A DNA stretch of 64,000 nucleotides, taken from Negaprion brevirostris (taxonomy: Eukaryota). The DNA lies in assembly GCA_030324005.1 (NCBI GenBank), contig JARDVH010000031.1:36977494-37041493 (forward strand), in the 5' to 3' direction. The translations under genes and the position numbers were made by a program. Positions within the stretch are counted from its first letter, which is position 1; the number at the start of each line of letters is the position of its first letter. Positions 37,975 through 49,234 of the stretch are shown one piece after another. The notes under the pieces are model-generated. The model saw only the letters and a program-made list of their open reading frames with translations. It did no database searches and was not told where the DNA came from.

Positions 37975-38290
37975 CATGTTGCTTCACAGCTCCAGCGACC
38001 TGCGTTCAATTCCCAGCTCGGGTCACTGTCTGTGGGAGTTTGCACATTCTCCTCGTGTCTGCATGGGTTTCCTCCCTGTGCTCCGGTTTCCTCCCACAGT
38101 CTAAAGATGTGCAGGTTAGGTGGACTGGCCAAGCTAAATTGCCTCTTAGTGTCCCGGGATGCATCGGTTAGAGGGATCAGTGGGTAAATATGTAGGGATA
38201 CAGGGATAGGGCCTGGGTGGGATTGTTGTTGGTGCATACTTGATGGGCCGAATGGCCTCTTTCTGCACTGTAAGGTTTCCATGGTTTCTA
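37975..38290 (+). mobile_element. HE1-type V-SINE
   Basis: Slightly 5'-truncated copy. Confidence 0.9.
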
Positions 38291-38734
38291 AAACATTTAC
38301 ACAGTTACAGGCAAGGGTATGCAGTGGGGCTAACTGAATTGCACTTATAGAGAAGTAGCACCAACATAAAAGGCCAAATGGCCAGCTTCTGTTTTGTAAC
38401 CATCTCATGCATAACCCTCATCTGTGCTGGTAGTAACCCCTGTGTTTGTGTAACTTTCTGCAACTGGTTACATGATGATGGAAATTAAGCCAGACGCTGT
38501 TCCCACTTCCTATTTTCATGAATATTACAAATCCTCCGAATACAACAATAAATGATAACTGTTTTAATCATTTATTAAATCTTCTTTTGTTGTATGCTCA
38601 CAGTAAAAAAAATGCAATGAATTGCAGTGATCCACAGCCTGAGAAAACGTATATTGTGCAAAATCATGAATGGGATGAAGGCCACCACTTTCAGTCTCAC
38701 TGAAAGTACCCTTCAACAGTAAAGTGTCTAAAAA

Positions 38735-39428
38735 TAAATTGAACAAGCGAATCCATTTCAAGCTGCTACTAGCTGTAGAAATACAAGTGGTATTCTCCAC
38801 CAACACGGTGCTACCATTGTGCCATTGAGATGCTGCCACCAAGCAAGAGCAATGTGGTATATGAATTTCAATGCCAATGTGATGCTAGGTATATAGGTCA
38901 CATGTCCCAATGATCGATGCATCCTATCAAACAGCATGTCCCTTCAGCTATTCACAAGAGTACTGACCACACTCAACAACCCATGCTTGTGAAACTCAGA
39001 ACTTAGTGTCCAACATTAGATTTGATTTCACTATTAGACAGCACCTACTGAATAACCCAAAGTATTACACATGTAATGTGGCTCACTTATATTTACTAGA
39101 AACTGTATATCCTCATATGCATGGCCCTGTCTCTACAAACAGGAAGAACACGTCCAGGCCTTTTTCAATCAAGCAAAAGTTCAGAGGACAATTATTCACT
39201 TGCACATTCTCCATGGCCATGACTTGACCAATCAGAATCGATCAGCCTTTTTAAGAATTTAATCCAAGGCTTGGATATAGCTGTTTTCTGGTGCATTCTC
39301 TATAATATCTCAACCACAGTCCCTTTGCCAATCAATCAGCACCATTGCTCCCTTTGAAATCCGACATCTGCCCTGATGAGTGAAGGGCAAAAAGCTTTGA
39401 CAGTATGTCTCTTTTTTTCAGCAATACT
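38735..39428 (+). mobile_element. Penelope-like element, GIY-YIG endonuclease remnant
   Basis: Translates as SNVVYEFQCQCDARYIGH...IKQHVP...IRQHLLNNP (GIY-YIG-type VVY...YIG), with stops. Confidence 0.75.
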
Positions 39429-40187
39429 TGACTTCAGCACAACCAAGCAACTATTGTTCATTAGCAATTTCTTCACAGCAAACAGCAATCAGAAATTTAT
39501 CCCCCAGTTGTATGAATCTCACCACAACTATTGTTTCCTTTACAGAGTGGCAGCTACAAACTCTTCTCATTTACATCATCTGCAATAATGCTTGACAAAT
39601 CAGTTTGTGATTAAACATGCAAATCTTTAGGATTTGCATGAACTACGCAGTGAATGTAATTATTAACTTTTAAAGGCCTCGAGTACAAAGGGGAAGCAGT
39701 CTAGATAAATAACAATTGAAAAAAAGTTAAACTATAGAGAAGGGAAACTCACAAAAACAGTTAATCCCACTTAAATGCTCCCAGGAGGAAGGGGTAAGAA
39801 AGAATTATATAAGGACTCTTTGTGCTTCTTTTTCATGCTATGTGATGTTTAGTCCATTGGAAATGGTTCAGATTTTCACAGATAAACATTTAACATAAAG
39901 CTCATCATTCATCACACAAAAGAGTATATTTTCAGCCAGACAATTCCAAAATTCCATTTTTAAAATATTTTATCTGGTACTAGAATAGCACTTAAACTGA
40001 AACTGATTGCCTTATCCCCTCATGGTGGAAGCAGACTTGGAATACTGCATGTAATTAGGAGTATCCGCCCTTCAAAAGTGCTTCAAAAGATTGGAAAAGG
40101 TTTGGCAATAGAGTAACAAGAATGGTAAGAGAACGTACATGTTAAGTTAAAGAAGAGGGACTCCACGGTTCATGGCAGGATCTTTTT

Positions 40188-40222
40188 CTGCAGTGTGAAG
40201 AGTTGACCACTAGATGGCAGCA
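40188..40222 (+). promoter_or_regulatory. Candidate CTCF binding site
   Basis: Core TGACCACTAGATGGCAGCA (40204-40222) fits CCASYAGRKGGCRS; CTGCAG lies upstream at the spacing of the CTCF upstream (ZF9-11) motif. Confidence 0.6.
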
Positions 40223-40635
40223 TGAAATCCAGTTATTTCGAGGGGTTAAGCCAAATCTCGCTGGAAAAGTAACTGAAATGATTCTCAAAGTACAACTCAA
40301 CCAGAAATATTCAGGGTGAATGACAGACACAGCAAAATTCCATAATGTGCCGGTAGTTTACACCAGCAATTCCTTCACACAAACTGCATCTTGTCCTTCA
40401 GCTCCCTATTACTTCTTAAGAACTTGCTGGACTTGCTTTGACTCCCCTCAACGGTAAGTCTGTAATTAACACTGTGCGCCTTTTAAAGGATGTGGTCATT
40501 TTTATTGGAATGTTGATCAATGTCTCGACCCCAGAAATTGAAGAATTTAAACAATAGCACCTTGTTCTTTCAGGTAATGAATTGTTCTTAGAAAATTGTA
40601 AAAATATAAAATTTTAAGGGCAGAATTCTCCCAAC

Positions 40636-40876
40636 TTCTTCACACAAAGGGTTGTGAATCTGTGGAATTCCCTGCCCAGTGAAGCAGTTGAGGCTACTTC
40701 ATTGACTGTTTTTAAGATAAGGGTAAATAAATTTTTGAACAGTAAAAGGATTAAGGGTTATGGTGAGTGGGCAGGTAAGTGGAGCTGAGCTCACCAAAGG
40801 ATCAGCCATGATCCTATTGAATGGCGGAGCAGGCTCGAGGAGCCAGATGGCCTACTCCTGCTCCTAGTTCTTATAT
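40636..40876 (+). mobile_element. CR1 LINE 3' end
   Basis: FFTQRVVNLWNSLP...GIKGYG plus 3' tail. Confidence 0.9.
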
Positions 40877-40879
40877 CAG

Positions 40880-43660
40880 TTCACATAAGCAAGTCCTCCA
40901 GGCATTCGGTTCTCGCTTCAGTATTCAAATGAATTCGACAATTAAACAAGCAAAATTGAAAACAGGGTGGCAAAAACCAGCTGAATCCATGGGTTCATTC
41001 ATAAATTACCTGTGCAGACTCGCAGGGAATTGTGACCATGGGATCCTTAGAGATGAATTAATACACAAGCAAAGTCTGACTGGCTTCCTAGATGAAACCC
41101 TATCAGATCTTTTGCAGACAAGGGAAGATTTAATTAACTCTTGCAAAGCCAGTACAAATAGCACGACAGACCAAGCTTAGGAAGCTAAACAGAGCAGTTG
41201 TTCATGTGGAAAGTGACATCTCTTGGAAAAAGTTAATGAAAACATCCAGTATGTTGCACAAAAAAATGAGAGGACAGTGACACAAGAGCCTGTAGAATCA
41301 GAGAAGAAGCACATCACCCATCACCTTGAGATTCTCTTGGTGTGGCAGGAAAACCCTGTATAAGTAAGAGGAATGCCCCGCAGAGGAAACTGAGTGCCAC
41401 AACTGTGGGAAGTTAGGACATTTTAAAATAGTCTGCAGATCCAAAATTCCTATAGGTCATAGGAAGAAAGAAAACAATGAAATCAAGTAAAATCCAAGAA
41501 GTAGAAGAGCCACAGAAAAAGACAAATAATCTTCTTAGCAGTGAATGAAACAAAAAGTAGTTACTGGAGCATTAAAATAGACTATGATGGACAATCCACA
41601 GCATTCAAGATAGATACTGGCCCATGTGTTTCATCTGATTAAGTAAAATGGCTTTAAAAAACTCAGATAATGGCCCTCCTCCATCCGATTACAAGATTCA
41701 GGAGAGACAACACTAAAAGTGACAGGCCAACACTTGGCAATTTTAAGATACAAGGATAAATAAATTGTTGAACCTCTGAATCTGATAAAGGACCAGGAGT
41801 CATCATTACTAAGCAAACAAAAAAGCATGTTTTCAGCTGACGCTCATTTACAAGGTTGATGAAATCACGGACAAGCAGTTTAGCCTGGTCATGATTCCAA
41901 TCCCTATTTTCAGGCTGAGGAAAGCTAAAACACAATACTACATAAACCTAAGGGCAGTGTTATACCTATATGTCTCGTCACAGCAAGGAAGGTCCCCCAC
42001 CTACTCTTAGACAAAGCCGAGAGTGAAATTGTTTTAATATTACAACAAGGGGTCATCTCTCCCGTAACCAGACCAATGAAGTAGGGAGGTGGAATGGTCA
42101 CAATACAAAAGTTTAATGTTTCAATTAGAACCTGTGCGGCCATGACTTAATTAAACAAGTCATTCGAGCATGAGATCCACCCAATAACCTCAGTGGATGA
42201 AATTCTCTCCAAATTAGCAAAGAACACCCTCTTCACAAAATTGGGTGCTATTAGTGACTTTTGGCAGTTGTCTCTAACAAAGAATCCAGTTTGCTAACAA
42301 CTTCTATCACCTAATTTGGTCATTATTGTTTTTAACAGTTAACTTTCTGAATGACTTGTGCATCAGAGATATTCTAAAATACGATGTCTCAGCTCCTGGA
42401 GGACATGGAATGAGTAATATGCCCCATGGAGGTCATTCTCATACATGGTTCATTGAGGGAAGAACATGACTGTTGAGTGACAGCTGTCCACAAAGTCCTA
42501 CAAGAAGCAAGTTTGACATCAAATGATAAATGTGCACTTGCAAAACCTATGATAAAATTCACAGGCTACTGTATGCAAGCTTTGGGAATTACGGCTGACC
42601 CATAGAAAACCAAGATCATCAGAGATTTCCCACAGCCTAAAAAAATCAGAGAATTACAAAGATTCCTTGGGATGGTCAACCAAGTAGGCAAGTTCCTACC
42701 AAATTTGGCGGACATCAATGAGCCGTGACAATAGCTGTTGAGGCAAGATCAACAGTGGTGCTGGAATACAGACAACAAAATGCTAAATCCCCTAATTTCA
42801 CCAAAAAATTTAATGCACTATAGTCTAGAGTTGCCAACAACTGTAATAGTGAATGCATTATTGATCTTGTTTCACGTTCAAAAGAATAGACAAAGACATC
42901 TCGTTTACTACGCCTCAAAATCACTCACGGATACAGAGGGGAGATTGCAATCATTGAGAAGGAAGTGTCAGCAGCCACATGGGCTCTGAGATGTTCTCGG
43001 ATTATGTCATGGGAATAAGATTGAAAATTGAAACCAACCACAAACCTTGAGTTATCTTCTTAACCTAAAGGGAATTGCAAATTGCCACTGAGACTGAGAG
43101 ATGGGTTTCATTTTACAACATATGTTCAAGGAAATTACCAGGCAACAGTGAATGTATTGAGGAAGTGGAAGTATATATTTCAACAATTGCCAAACACTTA
43201 TCAGCCAGTGAGAGGAGTTTACAAGAAATTAGGCAAACACAGCAGCAGGATGATGAGTGCATCAAAATAAAAGTGTATTGCCAGAACAAATGGCCAGAGT
43301 ATATCCCTAATAAGCCAATACTTTGAAGAGAAAATCTCTCACAATCATCCACTTTTACAACAGACTAGTCATCCCTTAATCACTTCAATTTGGCATTTTT
43401 CAGAAAATCCATCAAGGTCACTTTGCAAAAAGCCAAGAGTCCAGCAGTCACTCCATTGAGGAGTTAATCAGAATTGCCTTATATGAATAGCAAACAGCAG
43501 GGTGAACCAGTGGAATTCTCCACTTTTCCATTGGGGCCCGCAATAACTGAAATAGCTAATGATGTAATGTCACACGAGTAAGAGACTGATTTGGTGGGAA
43601 GCAGAAGTATAACCTTTTGTAGACTACTGTGATGTACATTATTTCTAAATAAACAAGAAT
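40880..43660 (+). mobile_element. Decayed Gypsy/Ty3 LTR retrotransposon internal region
   Basis: gag QKPAESMGSFINYLCRLAGNC; zinc knuckle CHNCGKLGHFKIVC (about 41394); protease FKIDTG (about 41604); RT and RNase H (LQRFLGMVNQVGKFLPNLA, YYASKSLTDTE); start of integrase; many stops. Confidence 0.9.
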
Positions 43661-43758
43661 TTTTTTTATGAATAACTGTCTACAATAGCATTCTTTGGAT
43701 AACAGGCAATTCTAAAGAAATCCAATTGAAAAACCATATCGAAGATGAAACAACTTAC

Positions 43759-43913
43759 AGAACCTTTGTTTTTTTTTCCCCTGTATAGAAACAGTTTTAG
43801 GACTGAGTTACATTTAAAGATTGCATTTGAGACTGAGAACAAGTCAGAAATCAATCCAAGTGATCGCTTTGCATGCAATTTATTATACAGGAAATCAATC
43901 TGATGAAAATCAT
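43759..43913 (-). CDS. Candidate coding exon 5 of unidentified gene
   Basis: cttgttgcttag|AT...TCT|gtaagt; phase 1 to 0; 51 open codons (D)DFHQIDFLYNKLHAKRSLGLISDLFSVSNAIFKCNSVLKLFLYRGKKNKGS. Confidence 0.55.
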
Positions 43914-44780
43914 CTAAGCAACAAGTTACAGGAAACCAACTCAGCTTATGGAGTTGAAGCCTTATAAAGATTACATGGAGGTTTTAATTTATTCTTTCAT
44001 GGGATGCGGATGACGCTGACTGCATTTGTTGCCCAACCCCAAGTTTTGTTGAGGACATAGTGATGAACCACCATTGAAAACTTCTGCAATCCATCCAGTG
44101 TAAGTGCAGGGAATTCTAGGATTTTGATCACTTGACAGTGTCGGAATGATGATATAGTTTCAAGTCAGGATGGTTTATAGCTTGGAACTGCTAACATGGA
44201 TCTACAACATGCTACATTTCCTATTCAGTGATTATAAACGCACCAAAATAATTATCATTGGTATTAGACATTTTGGCAATTTATAAATCTCAAATTGTTG
44301 GTTTGACATCCTGAATAATGAAAACCTAAAATAACCATTTGATGATTTGTTCATTTGCAACAGAATGTGATGCAAGTGTTGCCATGTTTGAATGAGGTTA
44401 TGCCCAGTATTTGACCAACTGATACAGTTGTGTATTGGTAATGATCATCACATTTGGTTGATAATATCTCCCACAGTGGGTGCACTCACACAGATATTCT
44501 TAGCATTATCTTCCTCAAAAGGAAATCTCTCATTTGTTAAGTTACAACAAATAACATTTCAGAGATTTTCAAACACATTTACCACTTTGTAAGTGACAGC
44601 AAAACTCATTCCCAACTCTCTAACTCGCTTCACAGTCTATGTCACTGTTGGTAATCCAAGGTGCTACACCATTGTACTGACCAGTAGCTTGCACCCTATC
44701 TCCATTTTGCATCAAGCAAATCAGCCTATAACTTCTGAAGGGGTAGCAGTTGAGTTGGATTGTCACTCATAATTACTTAC

Positions 44781-44828
44781 CGCTCTCATTTTGCCTGATC
44801 TCCTGACTCAGCAGCAGGTTTTTGAAAC
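44781..44828 (-). CDS. Candidate coding exon 4 of unidentified gene
   Basis: ttgtccttgactgaag|GT...GCG|gtaagt; phase 1 to 1; (R)FKNLLLSQEIRQNES. Confidence 0.45.
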
Positions 44829-45586
44829 CTTCAGTCAAGGACAACACAGTCCAAGGTAATTAAGTTTCTTATGGCACTAGCGACCATAAAATAAGTGAGT
44901 TTAGAAGTTTTGCCACTTTAACAAGCCAAGGAGAAAATAAGTAGATAAGTGGAAGATAAAGCAAATTAGTAGGATTTGGAGGCAGGGGTGTGGGGGTGTT
45001 AGGCCAGAGCTGTTGGGATTGGGAAAGGGTGGGGTAAGAGAGTATTGGTTCAGGCCTGAGGTGGGACATGGATCCAGTCAGACCAGTTCAACCTAGGATG
45101 GGAAAGGGATGGCTTGGTCTATATGGTGTGGGGTGAGGTGGATATCAGCTCAGGTTGCAGGGGTGGGTGGGGACAGGGAGTATGTCAGATTATGTCAGTC
45201 CAGGTCAGGACGTGGAGTGGCCGGGAGAGCGGGGATGATGTCTAGTCTTATGAAGCCAACGTTGGAGTCAAGGGGCGTACTTGGAGATGTGAAAGGGCAT
45301 AGATCAGTAGTGGGAAGAGTCCCATGATGTTGGGGACATAGTCTGGACAATAGTTACACAGAAGTGAGAAATCGATTTAAGTCTTCTAGTTTTGGCCTAG
45401 GTAAGTATTTGTGATTTAAGTCATGTTTTTGGATGGCTCCCAGTGCAGGGCAATTGCCCAAAGGAAGTTTGAACTTCACGGGCAATTGCTGTGCAATCCT
45501 TACTTGGGAACTTTGGGATACCTCCAGCCCCAGTTACACTGGCCTGGAGATCAGAAGTTACAACTCAATATAGTAACTGCTCTTAC

Positions 45587-45630
45587 GCAGTAAGAGAGAG
45601 TGACTCAACCATCCACATCCTTTAATATTC
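45587..45630 (-). CDS. Candidate coding exon 3 of unidentified gene
   Basis: aatgttaaag|G...C|gtaaga; phase 2 to 1; (A)NIKGCGWLSHSLLL; weak pyrimidine tract, chosen partly because it bridges phases. Confidence 0.35.
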
Positions 45631-45820
45631 CTTTAACATTGTTAAATTTACATCTTGATACAACTCAGTAAATTGACAAACTTGGAAATTCATGGAAATA
45701 GTTTTTGAAATGCATATGATTTTAGCAAACACTAATGATCAAATAAAATAGTCTTTGTGTATTAATTATACCAGTACTTTCAGAAAAATCTCTTGTATCT
45801 ATTAAAACAAAATCCCCTAC

Positions 45821-45950
45821 GCTTGTTTGGAAACAAAGCAGGGTTGATTTTCAGGTACAACAGATGCACATGCATACATAAATCCTTCATTGGCAGATTG
45901 TTTTATGGGAAAATTTTGTACAATAAATTTTGACGGGCTCAATATTAATT
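45821..45950 (-). CDS. Candidate coding exon 2 of unidentified gene
   Basis: tttttctgtcag|AA...GC|gtaggg; only the phase-1 frame is open: (E)LILSPSKFIVQNFPIKQSANEGFMYACASVVPENQPCFVSKQ; matches the phase of the previous exon. Confidence 0.5.
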
Positions 45951-46126
45951 CTGACAGAAAAATACACCAGCTATTAGCAGTCTTTACAATTCTACCTCCA
46001 GATCTAATGATCGGATGTACTTGCAAATTCATGGAACAATTTTAACTATTTAAATGAATTAAATAAGAAAATGATTTCAGGGCTAAAGAAAAGAGGAGTT
46101 GAATAGAAATAATTGGATAGTTTTAC

Positions 46127-46238
46127 CGAAGATTTCCCTCCTTTTCTGTTGTATTAACCTATGATTGTAGAAGTAACCAGATGGCATTGAACAGAAGCTA
46201 TTTGTTGATAGGAAAATCATCAAAAGAATTACCCGCAT
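46127..46238 (-). CDS. Candidate first coding exon of unidentified secreted protein (exon 46127-46248)
   Basis: GCA-ATG start; MRVILLMIFLSTNSFCSMPSGYFYNHRLIQQKRREIF has a signal-peptide-like N-terminus and a KRR site; donor G|gtaaaa, phase 1. Confidence 0.5.
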
Positions 46239-46658
46239 TGCAAGATATCTTGAAATGTACATCGGGGAGACAAGGCAAATCAATAATTAATGATGTTTTT
46301 AATTGCAAAACTTTTTGTTTTTAAAATAAAAATCACTACATCATAAGTAGAAAGTTGACTGAGAAAACTAAGGAGTTCTCCAGTTTATACATCCCTGGGA
46401 GGAATAAGTTAATGATGTGGAGATGCCGGCGTTGGACTGGGGTAAACACAGTAAGAAATCTCACAACACTAGGTTAAAGTTCAACAAGTTTATTTGGTAG
46501 CAAAAGTCACTAGCTTTCGGAGCACTGCTCCTTCGTCAGGTAAGACACTGGTGGGATTCAACCCAAACTCAGACTCTGCTATAATTATGAACAAAGGTTA
46601 CGTATTTGGTTGAAAGTGAACAAAATAGAGATTAGGATAAAATAAATGCTTTCCTTAC

Positions 46659-46717
46659 CTTGATGCTTCCAGATTCGTTTGAGATGGTACCCTCAAGACC
46701 CAGCATTTTGCACTGTT
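46659..46717 (-). other. Candidate upstream (probably 5' UTR) exon of an unidentified gene
   Basis: ctaattttag|AACAG...CATCAAG|gtaagg; 59 nt; strong donor; about 410 nt upstream of the candidate ATG exon. Confidence 0.45.
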
Positions 46718-47914
46718 CTAAAATTAGTGTAATTCTGGAGTCATATAAAGACATCACTAAGAATGAAATTGTTTTGAGAGTTGCATTCTGTGAAAGGAAG
46801 CAGTTGCCAAGTGAGACCATTGTAAAGTATATTGCTATGTTGCTGAAATACTAATTTCTCTGAATTCGAGAAGCTGTTACAGACAAATGATCAACAGTGA
46901 AAAATAAAGAATATCAAAAAAGCTAGTTGGTGGCATCAATTGGTAAAAGTAAGAGTGATATGGCATCAGCATTAGCATGGCACTCTGATTAACGATACTT
47001 TATATTCCAAATACATTATATTGCAGGTGTACAGATAACACCAGTAACAGTCATTGCAAACAGCTAGCAGCTAACAAAGGTATGCCTTTGTACAGCCCAA
47101 AAATGGTAGTTAAGAGTTGATGATCAGTCATTAACGTGAGATGACGACCATATAAATAATGATGAAACTTTTGTATAGCAAAAATTATACTCAATGTTTC
47201 TTTTTGTAGTTAGATTACATGCTGGTCAGAGTATGTCAAGCAAAAGCTGTTGGTCATTCTTCTCTTGAAGGCATAATACAAGAAGCTACTCCATAAGGTG
47301 AAGTGTCGCAAGCAAGCAGTAATGGCAGCTTCAGAGTAAAATGAATCAATACTTCTAAAAAACATCTTTGACATTCTTGTATGCTTTTATACATTCTGTT
47401 GTCCAGTCACATGACTGTTCACACATTGTAAATTATATAATGGCTTCAATTATGTTGCTATGTTAGGTGCAAATTTGCCATAATAGTTTACTAATCCTAG
47501 AAAGGACTTCACTTAGGTCACGTTCATCGGAATTTGCTTTTCTAAAATAACATGCATCTTTTTGGGTGCTTTATATAATTTGACACAAATACAAGACCGA
47601 CTATATGCACTTAAAGACGTTCCACTGTTGCTTCTAAATTATTCAAGTGCTCCTGTTCACTGGACTCTATGATTAAAATATCAACCAGGTAACACTGTAC
47701 ACCAGAGACCACTTAAAACCTAATCCTTTGTTGTTTGGAACAGGGCTACTGCAGATGTTATTCCAAAAGACAATCTTTTATAATGAAAAAAGACCTTTCT
47801 GAGTAATTATGGTAAGCAATGGTTGAAATTCAGTGGCAACATAAATCTGTAAATATGCTTGTGAAAGATCAATTTTGATGAAATTCTGCCCACCTGATAC
47901 CCAGCAAATAAACC

Positions 47915-48360
47915 TTTAATAAAAAAGTGGATACTGATCAACACAAAATGTTGTTGTCTTATAATCACCACAAATACAAACTGAACCATCTGGTTTCATG
48001 ACAGGTACGATGAGATAACCAGTTAACATAACAGTGTTAACGAGTTGTACTAATTCTTCTTCAACCTCGGGACAAATTGCATATGGCACCACTCTTGCTT
48101 TGAGACTTTTTGGTTGACCATTAGACTTTATCTTGAGTTTCACCCGAACTCCCTTTGTTGAGTCAAGTGTCTCTTCGAAGAAACTCTTATTTATCCAGAA
48201 GGTGTTGTAGGTCTGTTTTGGCATTGACCAATCTGTTGACAGCGCATCAATTAAGCTTTGTCTTCTCCGACCATGATGTACCAAATAGAGCTGGAAAATT
48301 ACCACAGACCACATGGAGAAGCAGCTCCTTCCCCCTCTTTTGTCAGCTTTCTAAGTTGGA
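47915..48360 (-). mobile_element. Gypsy pol fragment
   Basis: KARVVPYAICPEVEEEL, IVPVMKPDGSVCICGDYK, VDQYPL. Confidence 0.85.
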
Positions 48361-48900
48361 ATTCTTAGACTCTCCTTTTCGTTTTTTAATGTTGCCATTT
48401 CCAATTTTCTTTCCTCTTTCTCATGCTTGCCCTTTTGCCTGTTCTATTTCAAATGCTCATTCTATTTTGTTTTCCTCTTGTTTTCTTTCTTTTTTTTCCT
48501 TGTCCAGTTCAAGATTTTTCATCTGCAATTGAATGTGAGCCCATTTCAATGTCCAATCCCGGAGAACCCTGTCCCTTGGATATCCTTCCCAACCCCAAAT
48601 ACTGAGCTATACCTTCAATTATGTCCAATTTCCTTACCCCTGTAGGTAATTGTAATTGCTATTTATCTACCAATTGTGTTAATTCAGCTTTAGTTACCTT
48701 TTGAAAACCCTCCAAGGTTATATTTTCTATTCTCAGGCAAAGTCTTAGTCATTGCCAAAACCAATTTGCAATCACCCACTTTAAAATCTCACACTGCTAT
48801 TGGTTCAATACGCTCCTCAATCTCATTGCTTTTAAATTAATCAATTCCAAACTCATCAAGGAAATATATTAATATCCCGCCAAAAGCCCCAGTTTTGTTA
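48360..48900 (-). mobile_element. Decayed CR1-like endonuclease region
   Basis: Degenerate GDCK.V...MGS and linker similarity to other CR1 ORF2 pieces; low identity. Confidence 0.4.
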
Positions 48901-49234
48901 AGGGCAGGGTTAATGATAAAAGCTGAGTTATTTCAAACCCCAGAAGGGAAACCTGAAACAACTGCCCTCAATTTTATCTTGTGCAATTTGTTATTAGATG
49001 ACGTGATGACTTTGAAATCCAAAGAATGGTGCCCCAGACCTTTTGTGATGCTTTCATGTAAAATAAACAATCAAGTCAACTGGAAGTACGCTAAACTAAG
49101 ACAATGACTATCTATGGTATCACTAATTCTACAGTTCCAAACAACCTTTACTTCACTATGCAGAGTTAACTCTCCCCAAAGGTTCCACAACACCTTACAG
49201 ATTTTAAGAATGATAAGAATCCAATAGCAATTAA

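Noticed and set aside
39512-39570. Minus-strand exon-like segment (ttgcag|ATG...|gtgaga)
   Set aside because: Stops in all three frames.
2061-46717. Assigning the downstream exons to ITGA4 by synteny
   Set aside because: No FG-GAP or other integrin-alpha motifs in any candidate exon.
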